Of a DNA stretch of 64,000 bases, positions 41,847-51,304 are shown piece by piece. How positions within the stretch are numbered: the stretch's first letter is position 1; the number at the start of each line of letters is the position of its first letter. The notes under the pieces are model-generated. The model saw only the letters and a program-made list of their open reading frames with translations. It made no database searches and was not told the DNA's origin. The position numbers and the translations under genes were made by a program. Origin of the DNA: an uncultured Chloroflexia bacterium (GTDB lineage Bacteria; Chloroflexota; Limnocylindria; Limnocylindrales; CSP1-4); the NCBI GenBank assembly GCA_963749705.1, contig CAVVNQ010000007.1:32001-96000 (forward strand). The letters are read 5' to 3'.

Positions 41847-41908
41847 CACGGACCGACCCGCAACCACGATCACCAGCGACCGGACAACCGACCACCAGGA
41901 GGTCACCC

Positions 41909-42667
41909 ATGGCCACGCCGATCTACGCCACCTACCTCGACCAGATCACCGCCCTGCTTGCCCAGATCCGGGACGAGGAGGGCGACGCGATCGCCCGGGC
42001 CGGGGCGGTCATCGCGGACCGGATCGCTGCGGATCGCATGATCTACGTGATCGGCCCCGGCGGCCATTCGCAGATCGGCGCCGAGGAGGTGTTCTCCCGG
42101 GCCGGCGGCCTCGCCTGCATCGTGTCGTTCATCGACGACGGCTTCTACCTCGGCAACGGCGCGGCCCGGTCGATGGCGATCGAGCGGACGCCCGGCTACG
42201 CGCGCGCCATCCTCGATCGCGGCGAGATGGGCGCCGGTGACGTCCTGGTCATCGTCAACGCCTACGGCATCAACTCGGCCACGATCGACAGCGCGATGTA
42301 TGCCCGCGAGAAGGGGATGACGAGCATCGGGGTGACGTCGGTCGCGAACCAGCGCGGGTTGCCCCAGGGTCATCCGAGCCGCCACCCCAGCGGCCAGGAC
42401 CTGTGCGACCTCGTGGACATCCTGGTCGACACCAAGATGCCGCTGGGTGACGCCGTGCTCAAGCTCGACGGCGTGAGCGAGAAGGTCGCCCCGGTGTCCA
42501 CCTACCTCAACGCCTTCGCCCTCAACGCGATCATGCTCGAGGCGATCGCGGAGCTGGCCCGGCGCGGCATCGAGCCGCCCATCTGGCGGAGCTCCAACAG
42601 CCCCGGTGGCGACGAGGCGAACGTCGCCGTGACCGAGCGCTATCGCACCCGCGTGCGGAACCTCTGA
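41909..42667 (+). CDS. SIS-domain sugar isomerase-like protein
   Basis: GPGGHS, SRAGGL, NAYGIN, SRHPSG, SSNSPGGD motifs; AGGAGG RBS. Confidence 0.85.
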   Translation: MATPIYATYLDQITALLAQIRDEEGDAIARAGAVIADRIAADRMIYVIGPGGHSQIGAEEVFSRAGGLACIVSFIDDGFYLGNGAARSMAIERTPGYARAILDRGEMGAGDVLVIVNAYGINSATIDSAMYAREKGMTSIGVTSVANQRGLPQGHPSRHPSGQDLCDLVDILVDTKMPLGDAVLKLDGVSEKVAPVSTYLNAFALNAIMLEAIAELARRGIEPPIWRSSNSPGGDEANVAVTERYRTRVRNL

Positions 42668-42777
42668 GGGCCTGGATCGACCGTGCAGGAGGCAGCGGAA
42701 ATGGGCTCTGCGCCGCGGCTCGAGGGGCCCGGCTCGGGGGTGCCGAAGCGCCTTGCGCCTGCCATGTCAGATGATCT

Positions 42778-42790
42778 ATTGTCCGACAAT
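42778..42790. promoter_or_regulatory. Palindromic GntR operator upstream of gntR
   Basis: Perfect inverted repeat ATTGTC-C-GACAAT, of the TTGT-N3-ACAA type seen for GntR-family regulators. Confidence 0.65.
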
Positions 42791-42817
42791 CATGCATTTG
42801 GAGGGGATGCTCGAACC

Positions 42818-43588
42818 ATGAGTCTGCAGCGGCCCGAGACGCTGACCACCGCGGTCGCCGCCTACGTCAAGGACGCCATCGTGCGCGGCGAGTTCGCGCC
42901 CGGCTCCCGGCTCCCGGAGGTGGCCCTCGCCGCCCAGCTCGAGACGTCGCGCGGCACCGTCCGGGAGGCACTCCGGACGCTGGCCGATGGCGGCCTGATC
43001 CAGATCATCCCGCGCCGGGGTGTGTTCGTGTCCCAGCTGTCGGTTCGTGCGGCGTGGGAGATCACGAGCCTCCGCGCGCTGCTCGAGCCATACGCCTCGC
43101 GCCTGGCCCTCGAGGCGAGCGGCTCCGACGAGGCGATCCAGGAGGAGGTGCACGCGGCGTTCGAGCATCTCAAGGAGGCGATCGCGACGGGGGACCCCGT
43201 GAACGTCGCCGACGCGGACGTCGCCTTCCATCGCGCGGTCTTCGCGCGGTGCGGCCACAAGATGCTGCTCAGCCGGCTGCTGACGCTCCAGGCGCTGTCC
43301 TACCGGATCGTGCTCACCAATCAGATCTCGTCCGCCGATGCGCCGACGCTCATCGCCCAGCACGCCCCGATCGTCGAGGCGGTCGAGCTGCGCGACCCGG
43401 AGCTGCTCGACGCCGCCGTCCGGACCCACGTCATCGAGGCCGGTGAGCTGCTGATGACCCGGATGGCCGCGCTGGAGGCAGGACGGACCAAGCGTCCCCA
43501 GTCGACAACCTTCGGCCTCGGTCGCTGGCCCTCGGGAGCCAGTCCGCACCCGAGGCGTTCAAGCCCGCAGCCCGGGAGCGATCGATAG
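42818..43588 (+). CDS. GntR (FadR/FCD) family transcriptional regulator
   Basis: PGSRLPEVALAAQLETSRGTVREAL wHTH; FCD motifs ADVAFH and QHAPIVEA. Confidence 0.9.
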   Translation: MSLQRPETLTTAVAAYVKDAIVRGEFAPGSRLPEVALAAQLETSRGTVREALRTLADGGLIQIIPRRGVFVSQLSVRAAWEITSLRALLEPYASRLALEASGSDEAIQEEVHAAFEHLKEAIATGDPVNVADADVAFHRAVFARCGHKMLLSRLLTLQALSYRIVLTNQISSADAPTLIAQHAPIVEAVELRDPELLDAAVRTHVIEAGELLMTRMAALEAGRTKRPQSTTFGLGRWPSGASPHPRRSSPQPGSDR

Positions 43589-43730
43589 CCCATCCCGTCC
43601 ACGCCATCCGGCCCTCGTCGGACCGGGGGTGCGACTCGAAGATCTGGATCCGAGCACACAGGAGGCTGGTGCCCTTGACCTTGATCCGCCGCCTCACGCC
43701 AACCGTGGCGAACGCACTTGGAGGAGCAAC

Positions 43731-45116
43731 ATGATTCACCCTCGCGCATGGGTCAAAGCCCTTGCGGTCGCGGGGTCGCTCGTCATCGTGGTCGGAGCCT
43801 GCGGCTCCGGCACCCCGTCGACGGCGCCGACCACCGCGGCCAGCACCGCACCAGGCGAATCCAGCGCGCCGGCTGCCGACGCGTGCGGCACCGACCCGAT
43901 CACCCTGAACGTCTGGGGCGGCTACCCGGAGCTCGATCCGGTCTACAAGGCCGCGGGCGAAGCCTTCACGGCGCTTCATCCCAACGTCAGCTTCACCGTC
44001 TTCTCCACCGACCTGCGCGGCTTCGAGCAGAAGCTGACGACGGCGATCCCGTCCGGCACGGCCGGTGACGTGGTGGTCAGGACGACCAACTTCCTGGCCC
44101 GGTTCATCGACCAGGGCCTCCTCCTGCCGTTGCCTGACGACCTCAAGACGGCGGTGACCGCGAACGGCTACGCGCCGGAGGTCATCAAGGACGGCACCTA
44201 CGCCGACAACATGTGGGGCCTGCCGATCTTCACCGGCGGCACCGGGATCTTCTACAACACCGACATGTACAGTGCCGCGGGGATCAGCGGCCCGCCGACC
44301 TCGATGGACGAGCTGATCGCCAACGCCTACAAGACCTACAAGACCGACGCCTCGGGCGCGACGACCGTGTCCGGCCTCAGCCTGCGGCTCGCAGGCCAGG
44401 GCAGCGGCGTCGCCGAGAAGTTCTGGATCCTGCTGCTGCAGTACGGCAAGACGCTCATCCGCGAGACCCCCGAGGGCTCCGGCAAGTGGGTGGCCGAGTA
44501 CAACGGCCCCGAGGGCGTCAAGCTGTTCCAGATGTACGTGGACATGCTGCGTGACGGCGTCGACTCGCTGAACATCGACTCCGATGCAGCAGCGTTCGAG
44601 AAGCAGGAGACCTCGCAGTTCCTTCGCGAGTCCTGGGTGATCCCCGACATCGCGAAGAATGCCCCCGACCTCGTCGGCCACTACGCGACGATCGCGCCGC
44701 CGGTGGGCGACATCCTCACGGTCGAGTCCATGTTCGTCCCGACCGCGGCGCCGAATCCGGACTGCTCGTGGGAGTTCATCCGGTTCATGCGCGAGCCGGA
44801 GCAGCAGATCAACCTCGTCAAGGTCTCCGGCTGGCCGCCCGCCCGCCACGACCTCGGGGCGGGGCTGGATGCGTTCCTTGCCGAGAACCCGACCTTCGAG
44901 GGTTTCCTCAAGAAGCCCGATAACTTCTCGCTCACGACCACCCCGGCGATCCCGGAGTTCGACGAGATCGAGACCAAGCTCGCGACCCATCTGGTCGAGG
45001 CCTACGCCGACTTCGCCAACCTGGCCGGCCAGCCCGACAAGATCCAGACCCTGCTCAACGGCTGGGCAGACGAGACCAACCAGATCCTCAAGGACAACAG
45101 CCACTACGGCGGTTGA
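43731..45116 (+). CDS. Carbohydrate ABC transporter substrate-binding lipoprotein
   Basis: Lipobox VVGAC, Thr/Ala/Pro linker, WGLP..IFYNTDMY; GGAGG RBS. Confidence 0.9.
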   Translation: MIHPRAWVKALAVAGSLVIVVGACGSGTPSTAPTTAASTAPGESSAPAADACGTDPITLNVWGGYPELDPVYKAAGEAFTALHPNVSFTVFSTDLRGFEQKLTTAIPSGTAGDVVVRTTNFLARFIDQGLLLPLPDDLKTAVTANGYAPEVIKDGTYADNMWGLPIFTGGTGIFYNTDMYSAAGISGPPTSMDELIANAYKTYKTDASGATTVSGLSLRLAGQGSGVAEKFWILLLQYGKTLIRETPEGSGKWVAEYNGPEGVKLFQMYVDMLRDGVDSLNIDSDAAAFEKQETSQFLRESWVIPDIAKNAPDLVGHYATIAPPVGDILTVESMFVPTAAPNPDCSWEFIRFMREPEQQINLVKVSGWPPARHDLGAGLDAFLAENPTFEGFLKKPDNFSLTTTPAIPEFDEIETKLATHLVEAYADFANLAGQPDKIQTLLNGWADETNQILKDNSHYGG

Positions 45117-45124
45117 CCAACCTT

Positions 45125-45158
45125 TGCGGGCGTCGCGGCAGCTGCCGCGACGCCCGCA
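45125..45158. repeat. Perfect 34-nt palindrome after the binding-protein gene (mRNA stem-loop)
   Basis: TGCGGGCGTCGCGGCAG|CTGCCGCGACGCCCGCA. Confidence 0.75.
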
Positions 45159-45194
45159 CAACCACCTGCACCACCGGCTATCGTAGGGTCGCTG

Positions 45195-46160
45195 ATGAGC
45201 AGTCCTGAAAAGGTCGAGGGTCGCTCGTTGTCTTCGTTGGCACGTACCCCGATCGCCGCTGTCCGTCGTGTTCCACGACGAACCTGGGTCCGCTACCGGT
45301 TCGTGTTCCTCGTGCTCACGCCGATCATGGCGCTGTTCTTCTATCTGCGCGTGATCCCGACCGGCTTCGCGATGCTGATGAGCTTCTTCGATTGGCAGCT
45401 CATCAAGCCGGCCGACAAGTTCGTCGGGCTCGACAACTACATCAACCTGCTGGGCGACGAGAACTTCCGGACGGCGTTCACCAACACCACGTTGTTCGCC
45501 GTAGGCACCTCGGTGATCTCCGTGCTGGTCGCCCTCCTCCTGGCGGCGCTCCTGGCCCGGTTCGTACGCGGCCGCGTCGGCGGCGCCCTGGAGCTGCTGT
45601 ACTTCGCCCCCGTGCTCGTGCCGATGGTGCCGGTCACCCTCGGCTGGCGGGAGATCTTCAACTACCAGCACGGGATCCTGAACTCGGCGCTGGGGCTGGT
45701 GGGGATCCCGAAGCAGCCATGGCTGAGCGACCCGACGATGGCCCTCGTGGCGGTGATCATCCTGTCGGTCTGGAAGCAGATCGGCTACAACATGATCATC
45801 CTGCTGGTCGGGATGCGCGCCATCCCGCACGTCTACCACGAGGCCGCCGCATGCGACGGCGCCAATGCCTGGCAGCAGTTCCGGCACATCACGATGCCAC
45901 TGCTCGCGCCCGTCACGCTGTTCGTCGTGGTGATCACCACGATCTCCGCCTACAACGTGTTCACCCAGGTGTACGTCCTCGCCTCGGACGTCCAGGGTGC
46001 CCCGGGCAAGCTGGTGCGGGTGCTCGTCTACGACATCTTCGAGAACGGGTTCCGCTTCTTCAAGATGGGCTACGCCGCGTCTGAGGCCATGTACCTGTTC
46101 ATCATCATCCTCGTGCTGACGGTCATCCAGTTCCGGTTCCTGCGGGGGTCCGATCAATGA
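45195..46160 (+). CDS. Carbohydrate ABC transporter permease
   Basis: FVGLDNY, EAA loop YHEAAACDGAN, MGYAAS. Confidence 0.92.
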   Translation: MSSPEKVEGRSLSSLARTPIAAVRRVPRRTWVRYRFVFLVLTPIMALFFYLRVIPTGFAMLMSFFDWQLIKPADKFVGLDNYINLLGDENFRTAFTNTTLFAVGTSVISVLVALLLAALLARFVRGRVGGALELLYFAPVLVPMVPVTLGWREIFNYQHGILNSALGLVGIPKQPWLSDPTMALVAVIILSVWKQIGYNMIILLVGMRAIPHVYHEAAACDGANAWQQFRHITMPLLAPVTLFVVVITTISAYNVFTQVYVLASDVQGAPGKLVRVLVYDIFENGFRFFKMGYAASEAMYLFIIILVLTVIQFRFLRGSDQ

Positions 46161-47002
46161 AGCCCGGCACCGGCTCCCTCATGGCCCGCGTGAGCTACTG
46201 GGTCGTCGTCGCCCTTCTGCTGGTCGGCGGGATCATCATGGTGTTCCCGCTGTTCTGGCTGTTCAGCACATCGCTGCGCCCCGGGACGGAGCTGATCCAG
46301 GTCCCGCCGAGCCTGCTCCCCCAGCACTGGACGCTGGACAACTTCCAGAAGGCGATCGATCGCGCGCCGCTGCTGTCCTACATGTGGAACAGCGTCGTGT
46401 TCGCGACCGTGTCCACCGTGTTCATCCTGCTGACCTCGACCGTGGCCGGCTACATCTTCGCCAAGTTCAAGTTCCCGGGGAACAACTTCCTGTTCATGCT
46501 CGTGCTCGCGACGGCGATCGTGCCGTTCGAGATCTACATGGTCCCCCTGTTCCTCCAGATGAACGCGCTGGGCCTGGTGAACAACCCGGTCGGGATGTTC
46601 CTGCCGTACCTGGTCCTGAGCTACGGCATCTTCTTCATGCGCCAGAACACGATCACCAGCGTGCCCGACGAGCTGCTCGACGCGGCCCGGATCGACGGCA
46701 TGGGTGAGTTCGGGATCATGCTCCGGCTGGTACCCCGGCTGCTCGCCCCGGCCATGGCCGCGCTGGCGATCCTCGCCTTCATCCAGGCCTGGACCGCGTT
46801 CATCTGGCCGCTGCTCATCCTCAACGATCCGAAGTACTTCCCGATGGAGCTGGGCCTGTCGCAGTTCGCCAACTCCTATTCCGTGGACTTCGGCGTCGTC
46901 GCCGCCGGCGCGGTGATCGCCATGGCACCCACGCTGCTGGCGTTCATGCTGCTGCGCCGCCGGATCGTCGAGGGCATCACGCTCACTGGGCTCAAGGGCT
47001 GA
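46157..47002 (+). CDS. Carbohydrate ABC transporter permease
   Basis: ELLDAARIDG EAA loop, FIWPL, C-terminal GLKG. Confidence 0.92.
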   Translation: MKPGTGSLMARVSYWVVVALLLVGGIIMVFPLFWLFSTSLRPGTELIQVPPSLLPQHWTLDNFQKAIDRAPLLSYMWNSVVFATVSTVFILLTSTVAGYIFAKFKFPGNNFLFMLVLATAIVPFEIYMVPLFLQMNALGLVNNPVGMFLPYLVLSYGIFFMRQNTITSVPDELLDAARIDGMGEFGIMLRLVPRLLAPAMAALAILAFIQAWTAFIWPLLILNDPKYFPMELGLSQFANSYSVDFGVVAAGAVIAMAPTLLAFMLLRRRIVEGITLTGLKG

Positions 47003-47030
47003 CCGCGAGCCCCCGGAAAGGCATCGCTCC

Positions 47031-48248
47031 ATGACCTCGATCAGCGCCGCCCCGGATGCTCCTGCCCGTCACAATGCCCCGCTCACGTACCTGGGCCGGT
47101 CCACCGAGGACGGAGAACCCGTCCGGCTGACCGTGGACGGGGGCGTGGTCAGCGCGATCGAGCGGGTGACGGAGGATCCGGGGGGCACCTGGATCTCGCC
47201 CGGCTGGATCGACATCCAGATCAACGGCTACGCGGGCCACGACCCCAACGCCACCGGCGCGGACGCATCCACGACCGAGGGGATGGTCCGCTCGCTGTGG
47301 CCCGAGGGGATCACGGGCTCGTGCGTCACGATCTGTACCGAATCCGAGGCGCACATCAAGGACAACCTGCGTGCGATCGTCGCGGCCGGTGACGCGGACC
47401 CCCTCATCGCCGCATCGCTGGTCGGGATCCATGTCGAGGGTCCGCACATCGCGACCGAGGACGGACCGCGCGGGGCCCACCCGCTGCGCCACGTCCGTCC
47501 GCCGGACATCGACGAGTACCGACGCTGGCAGGAGGCGGCCGAGGGCCGGATCCGGATCGTGACGCTGTCGCCCGAGTACGACGCGGCGGTCCCGTACATC
47601 CGGGCGGTCGCTGCCGACGGCGTGCTGGTCTCGATCGGGCACACCACGGCGACCTCCGACCAGATCCGTGCCGCGGTCGACGCCGGGGCTCGCTGGTCGA
47701 CCCACCTGGGCAACGGCGCCCACGCCATGATCCGGCGCCACCCGAACTACATCTGGGACCAGCTGGCCGAGGACCGCCTCAGCGCCGGGTTCATCTTCGA
47801 CGGGCATCACCTGCCACCGGCGTTCATGCGAACCGCTGTCCGGGCCAAGGGGGTGGAGCGCACGGTGCTGGTCAGCGACGCGGTGTCGATGGCGGGCCTG
47901 CCGCCCGGCCGGTACACGCTGTTCGACGGGGGCGACGTCGAGCTCCAGCCCAACGGCCGCCTCGAGCTTGCCGGGACGCCGCTGCTCGCCGGCGCGGTCA
48001 CGGCGCTGCCCACGTGCGTCGCCAACGCGGTCCGTCACGCCGGCACGACGCTGGCCGACGCCGTGCGGATGGTCACCGCGAACCCGTCGCGGCTGCTGGG
48101 GCTCCCGATCACGGCCGGCCACGAGAGCCTGCGGACGGGCGTTGCCGCCAACCTCACGATGTTCCGGCGATCGGATGCGACGGGGGACATCGAGATCGTG
48201 CGCACGCTCGTCGACGGGACCGTGGTGTTCGAGGCGCCGGCCGCCTGA
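47031..48248 (+). CDS. nagA: N-acetylhexosamine-6-phosphate deacetylase (second NagA paralog)
   Basis: PGWIDIQING, HVEGP, GAHP, IGHT, THLGNG, DGHHLP, VSD, NP motifs. Confidence 0.83.
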   Translation: MTSISAAPDAPARHNAPLTYLGRSTEDGEPVRLTVDGGVVSAIERVTEDPGGTWISPGWIDIQINGYAGHDPNATGADASTTEGMVRSLWPEGITGSCVTICTESEAHIKDNLRAIVAAGDADPLIAASLVGIHVEGPHIATEDGPRGAHPLRHVRPPDIDEYRRWQEAAEGRIRIVTLSPEYDAAVPYIRAVAADGVLVSIGHTTATSDQIRAAVDAGARWSTHLGNGAHAMIRRHPNYIWDQLAEDRLSAGFIFDGHHLPPAFMRTAVRAKGVERTVLVSDAVSMAGLPPGRYTLFDGGDVELQPNGRLELAGTPLLAGAVTALPTCVANAVRHAGTTLADAVRMVTANPSRLLGLPITAGHESLRTGVAANLTMFRRSDATGDIEIVRTLVDGTVVFEAPAA

Positions 48249-48297
48249 CGCCGCGCACGGCGCGACGCCGGCCGCATGACGCGGGCCGCGCGCGGGT

Positions 48298-49377
48298 TCA
48301 GCGCTGGATGCGGGCAGACCCTCCGGCCGCGAACGCGCGGACCTGATCGAGCGTGGCCATCGTCGTGTCCCCCGGGAACGTCGTCAGCAGGGCCCCGTGC
48401 GCCCAGCCGAGCCGCAGCGCCTCCTCGGGCGCCTCCCCATTGAGGAGCCCGTAGAACAAGCCGGAGGCGAAGCCGTCGCCACCGCCCACGCGATCGTGGA
48501 CGTCGAGCTCGCACACCGGTGCGACGAACGACTGGCCGGCCACCCACGCGACGGCGCTCCATCGGTGGCGGCTTGCCGACTGCACCTCGCGCAGCGTCGT
48601 CGCGACCACGCGGATCCGCGGGTACGCCGCGACCACGCGGTCGATCATCTCGAGGAACGAGGCCGGGTCCAGGCCCGTGCTCCTGACCTCGGGTCCGGGG
48701 ATCTGGAGGCCCGTCTGGAGATCCTCCTCGTTGCCGACGAGGACGTCCACGTGCTCGACGATCCGGCGCAGGACCTCGTGGGCTCGGGCGCCGCCCCCCA
48801 GCGCATGCCACAGCTTGGCGCGGTAGTTGAGGTCGAAGGAGACGATCGCCCCCGCATCGTGCGCGGCCTGCATCGCCTCGATGATCAGCTCGGAGGTGGT
48901 GGGCGATAGCGCCGCGAAGATCCCGCCGCTGTGGAACCAGCGGACGCCGGCGCCGAAGATCGACGGCCAGTCGAAGTCGCCCGGCGCGAGACGCGCCGCC
49001 GCCTCGTTGGCGCGGTTGTAGAACACGACCGGTCCACGGATGCCGTAGCCGCGATCGCTGTACACCGTGGCGATGTTCGGGCCCGTCGCCCCGTCGTGCG
49101 GGAACCGGCGGTAGAACGGCGTGACGCCCATCGCCCGGACCCTGCCCGCGACCAGGTCGCCGATCGGATAGTCGACCATCGCGGTCGCGATCCCGGTCCG
49201 CTGCCCGAACGCATCGGCGAGGTTCGCGGCGACATTGAACTCGCCGCCCGACACGTGGATGTCAAAGGACGCGGCCTTCCGGAACGGGATGATGCCGGGG
49301 TCGAGCCGCGTGACCACCGCGCCGAGCGCCAGCAGGTCAAGCGCTCCATCCGCCCGGATCGCCAGTGGCGTTGTCAT
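48298..49377 (-). CDS. kdgK: PfkB-family sugar kinase (2-keto-3-deoxygluconate kinase-like)
   Basis: SGGEFNVA, SFDLNYRAKLW, GNEED, DRVGGGDGFASG motifs. Confidence 0.85.
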   Translation of the reverse strand: MTTPLAIRADGALDLLALGAVVTRLDPGIIPFRKAASFDIHVSGGEFNVAANLADAFGQRTGIATAMVDYPIGDLVAGRVRAMGVTPFYRRFPHDGATGPNIATVYSDRGYGIRGPVVFYNRANEAAARLAPGDFDWPSIFGAGVRWFHSGGIFAALSPTTSELIIEAMQAAHDAGAIVSFDLNYRAKLWHALGGGARAHEVLRRIVEHVDVLVGNEEDLQTGLQIPGPEVRSTGLDPASFLEMIDRVVAAYPRIRVVATTLREVQSASRHRWSAVAWVAGQSFVAPVCELDVHDRVGGGDGFASGLFYGLLNGEAPEEALRLGWAHGALLTTFPGDTTMATLDQVRAFAAGGSARIQR

Positions 49378-49437
49378 CGAACCACCTCCATGGGGCGCGC
49401 TCGCCGTCTCGCGTGCCAATCATCGCAGGTCTCGACA

Positions 49438-49462
49438 GGATTGTCCGATTGACCGACAATCC
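49438..49462. promoter_or_regulatory. Composite GntR operator in the divergent kdgK/LamG-gene promoter region
   Basis: GGATTGTC-CGATTGACC-GACAATCC inverted repeat; contains ATTGACCGACAAT (12/13 match to the gntR box). Confidence 0.6.
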
Positions 49463-49540
49463 GAGGGTCAACGATCGCCAGGGTCGGTGGAGTCGGGGCG
49501 GCATCACCGATCCCGGTCAGCGCGTCCCGAGGAGTGCACG

Positions 49541-51217
49541 ATGGCTCGCGATGATGGACCGGTCGGTTCCTGGGCTCTGGCTGTCGACGGTCGCGACGGC
49601 TCCGGGCACGCGCGCCATGGGATCGTGCGGGACGACGTCCGGTTCGGCGCGTCGGCGGATCCTGCGTTCGGACGCCCTTGCGCGCGGCTGACCGGGTCCG
49701 GACGACTGGAGGTGCCGGCACCGGGGCTCGCGGGCGGCGACATCACGGTGGCGGCATGGGTCAACGCGGCCGCGGCTCCCACGACCGTGCTGGGGGACGT
49801 CGTCTCGTGGTTCGACCCGCAGGCGCGGCGCGGGTTCAACCTTGCGTTCGAGCACGGCGCGCCGTGCGGCAGCCACGGCAACGACCGGACGGCCTGGTTC
49901 GGGATCGACGCCGGGACCACGCCAGCGACCGTCGACCACGGACGCCCGGGCGATGCCACGGTGATGGTCTGCTCGCTGGCCGCCCATGACGGCAGCATCT
50001 ACGCGGCCACCTGGGAGCAGGGTCCGGCGCCCCGCGGGCACGTGTACCGGTTGGATGGGGGCACCTGGGTCGATTGCGGGTCGCCCTGGGACGCGAACGC
50101 CGTCACGCGGCTGGCCGTCCACGATGGGGCGCTCTACGCCGGCGTGTCGCGGCTCCGGGGCGGCGGCTCCGGGCTGGAGGATTCGGCGAACCAGGGTCCG
50201 GGTGGGCGTGTCCTCCGCTACGACGGCGGGCAGGCGTGGTCCGACATGGGCCAGATCGAGGGCGCGGACGCGATTGCCGCGCTCGTCCCGTTCGCGGGCG
50301 CGCTGTACGCCGCGCCGATGTACTCGGAGGGCGTGTTCCGGTTCGACGGCCCCGGGCGCTGGACGTGGTGCGGGTCGCCGGGGCGCCGCCTCCTCGCGCT
50401 CGGCGTGCACGGTGGTGCGCTGTACGGCGCAGGCAACGACCATGCCGACGTCAGCAGCGCCATCGCGCTCACGAAGGCCGGGGTGGTGGTGGCGGCGCGC
50501 TCGACCGAGGGCGGGGGCGGCGTGTTCCGCTACGACGGCGGCGACCGCTGGGTGAGCCGGGGGCTCCAGCCGGACACGACGCAGCTGTACTCGATCGAGA
50601 CGTACGGGAACCGGCTGCACATCGGCACCTGGCCGGCGGGCCTGGTGTTCCGGGGATCGGAGCTGGATGGGGCGGGCGACGCCTCCTGGCAGCCCATCGG
50701 GCGGCTCGGCGACGAGACCGAGATCATGAACCTGCAGGCGTACAACGGGACCCTCTACGGCGGCACGCTGCCCCACGCCCAGGTCTTCCGATACGACGCG
50801 GACGACGATTGGGCGCTCGTGGCCACGCTCGATGCGACGCCCGATGTCCGCTATCGGCGGGCGGCGTCGATGGTCCTGTTCGGCGGCGAGCTGTGGGTCG
50901 GGACGCTGCCTTCGGGACACGTGCACTCGCTGCGCGCGGGTGCCGTGGCGTCGAACGACGGATCGCTGGCGCCCGGCTGGCACCACCTCGCCGGGGTCCG
51001 GCGGGGCGATCGGGTCGAGCTGTACGTCGACGGTCGCGGGGTCGCCACGTCCGAGGTCACGACGATCGCGGGGTCCGTTGCACCGGACGCCGAAACGCCG
51101 CTCGTGCTCGGGGGTGGCCCGCGCGCGGGCTTCGAGGGCGAGCTCGCGGACGTCCGCGTCTGGGACCGCGCCCTGGATCCGGCGGAGCTCGCCGCGTTCG
51201 CGGCGGAGTCGGCGTAG
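49541..51217 (+). CDS. LamG-like jelly-roll protein with an inserted seven-repeat beta-propeller
   Basis: LamG N-half (DGSGHARHG, ITVAAWVN) and C-half (WHHLAGV, LYVDG, FEGELADVRVWDRAL) flank seven repeats of the LxxxxGxLYxG type. Confidence 0.75.
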   Translation: MARDDGPVGSWALAVDGRDGSGHARHGIVRDDVRFGASADPAFGRPCARLTGSGRLEVPAPGLAGGDITVAAWVNAAAAPTTVLGDVVSWFDPQARRGFNLAFEHGAPCGSHGNDRTAWFGIDAGTTPATVDHGRPGDATVMVCSLAAHDGSIYAATWEQGPAPRGHVYRLDGGTWVDCGSPWDANAVTRLAVHDGALYAGVSRLRGGGSGLEDSANQGPGGRVLRYDGGQAWSDMGQIEGADAIAALVPFAGALYAAPMYSEGVFRFDGPGRWTWCGSPGRRLLALGVHGGALYGAGNDHADVSSAIALTKAGVVVAARSTEGGGGVFRYDGGDRWVSRGLQPDTTQLYSIETYGNRLHIGTWPAGLVFRGSELDGAGDASWQPIGRLGDETEIMNLQAYNGTLYGGTLPHAQVFRYDADDDWALVATLDATPDVRYRRAASMVLFGGELWVGTLPSGHVHSLRAGAVASNDGSLAPGWHHLAGVRRGDRVELYVDGRGVATSEVTTIAGSVAPDAETPLVLGGGPRAGFEGELADVRVWDRALDPAELAAFAAESA

Positions 51218-51304
51218 CGCGCCGTACGATCTGGTGCGCAGCGCCTGACGGCCGACCCGGCGTCCCTCGAGCGTCGGGTACCAGGGGAGGAGGGCTCGAG
51301 CTGA

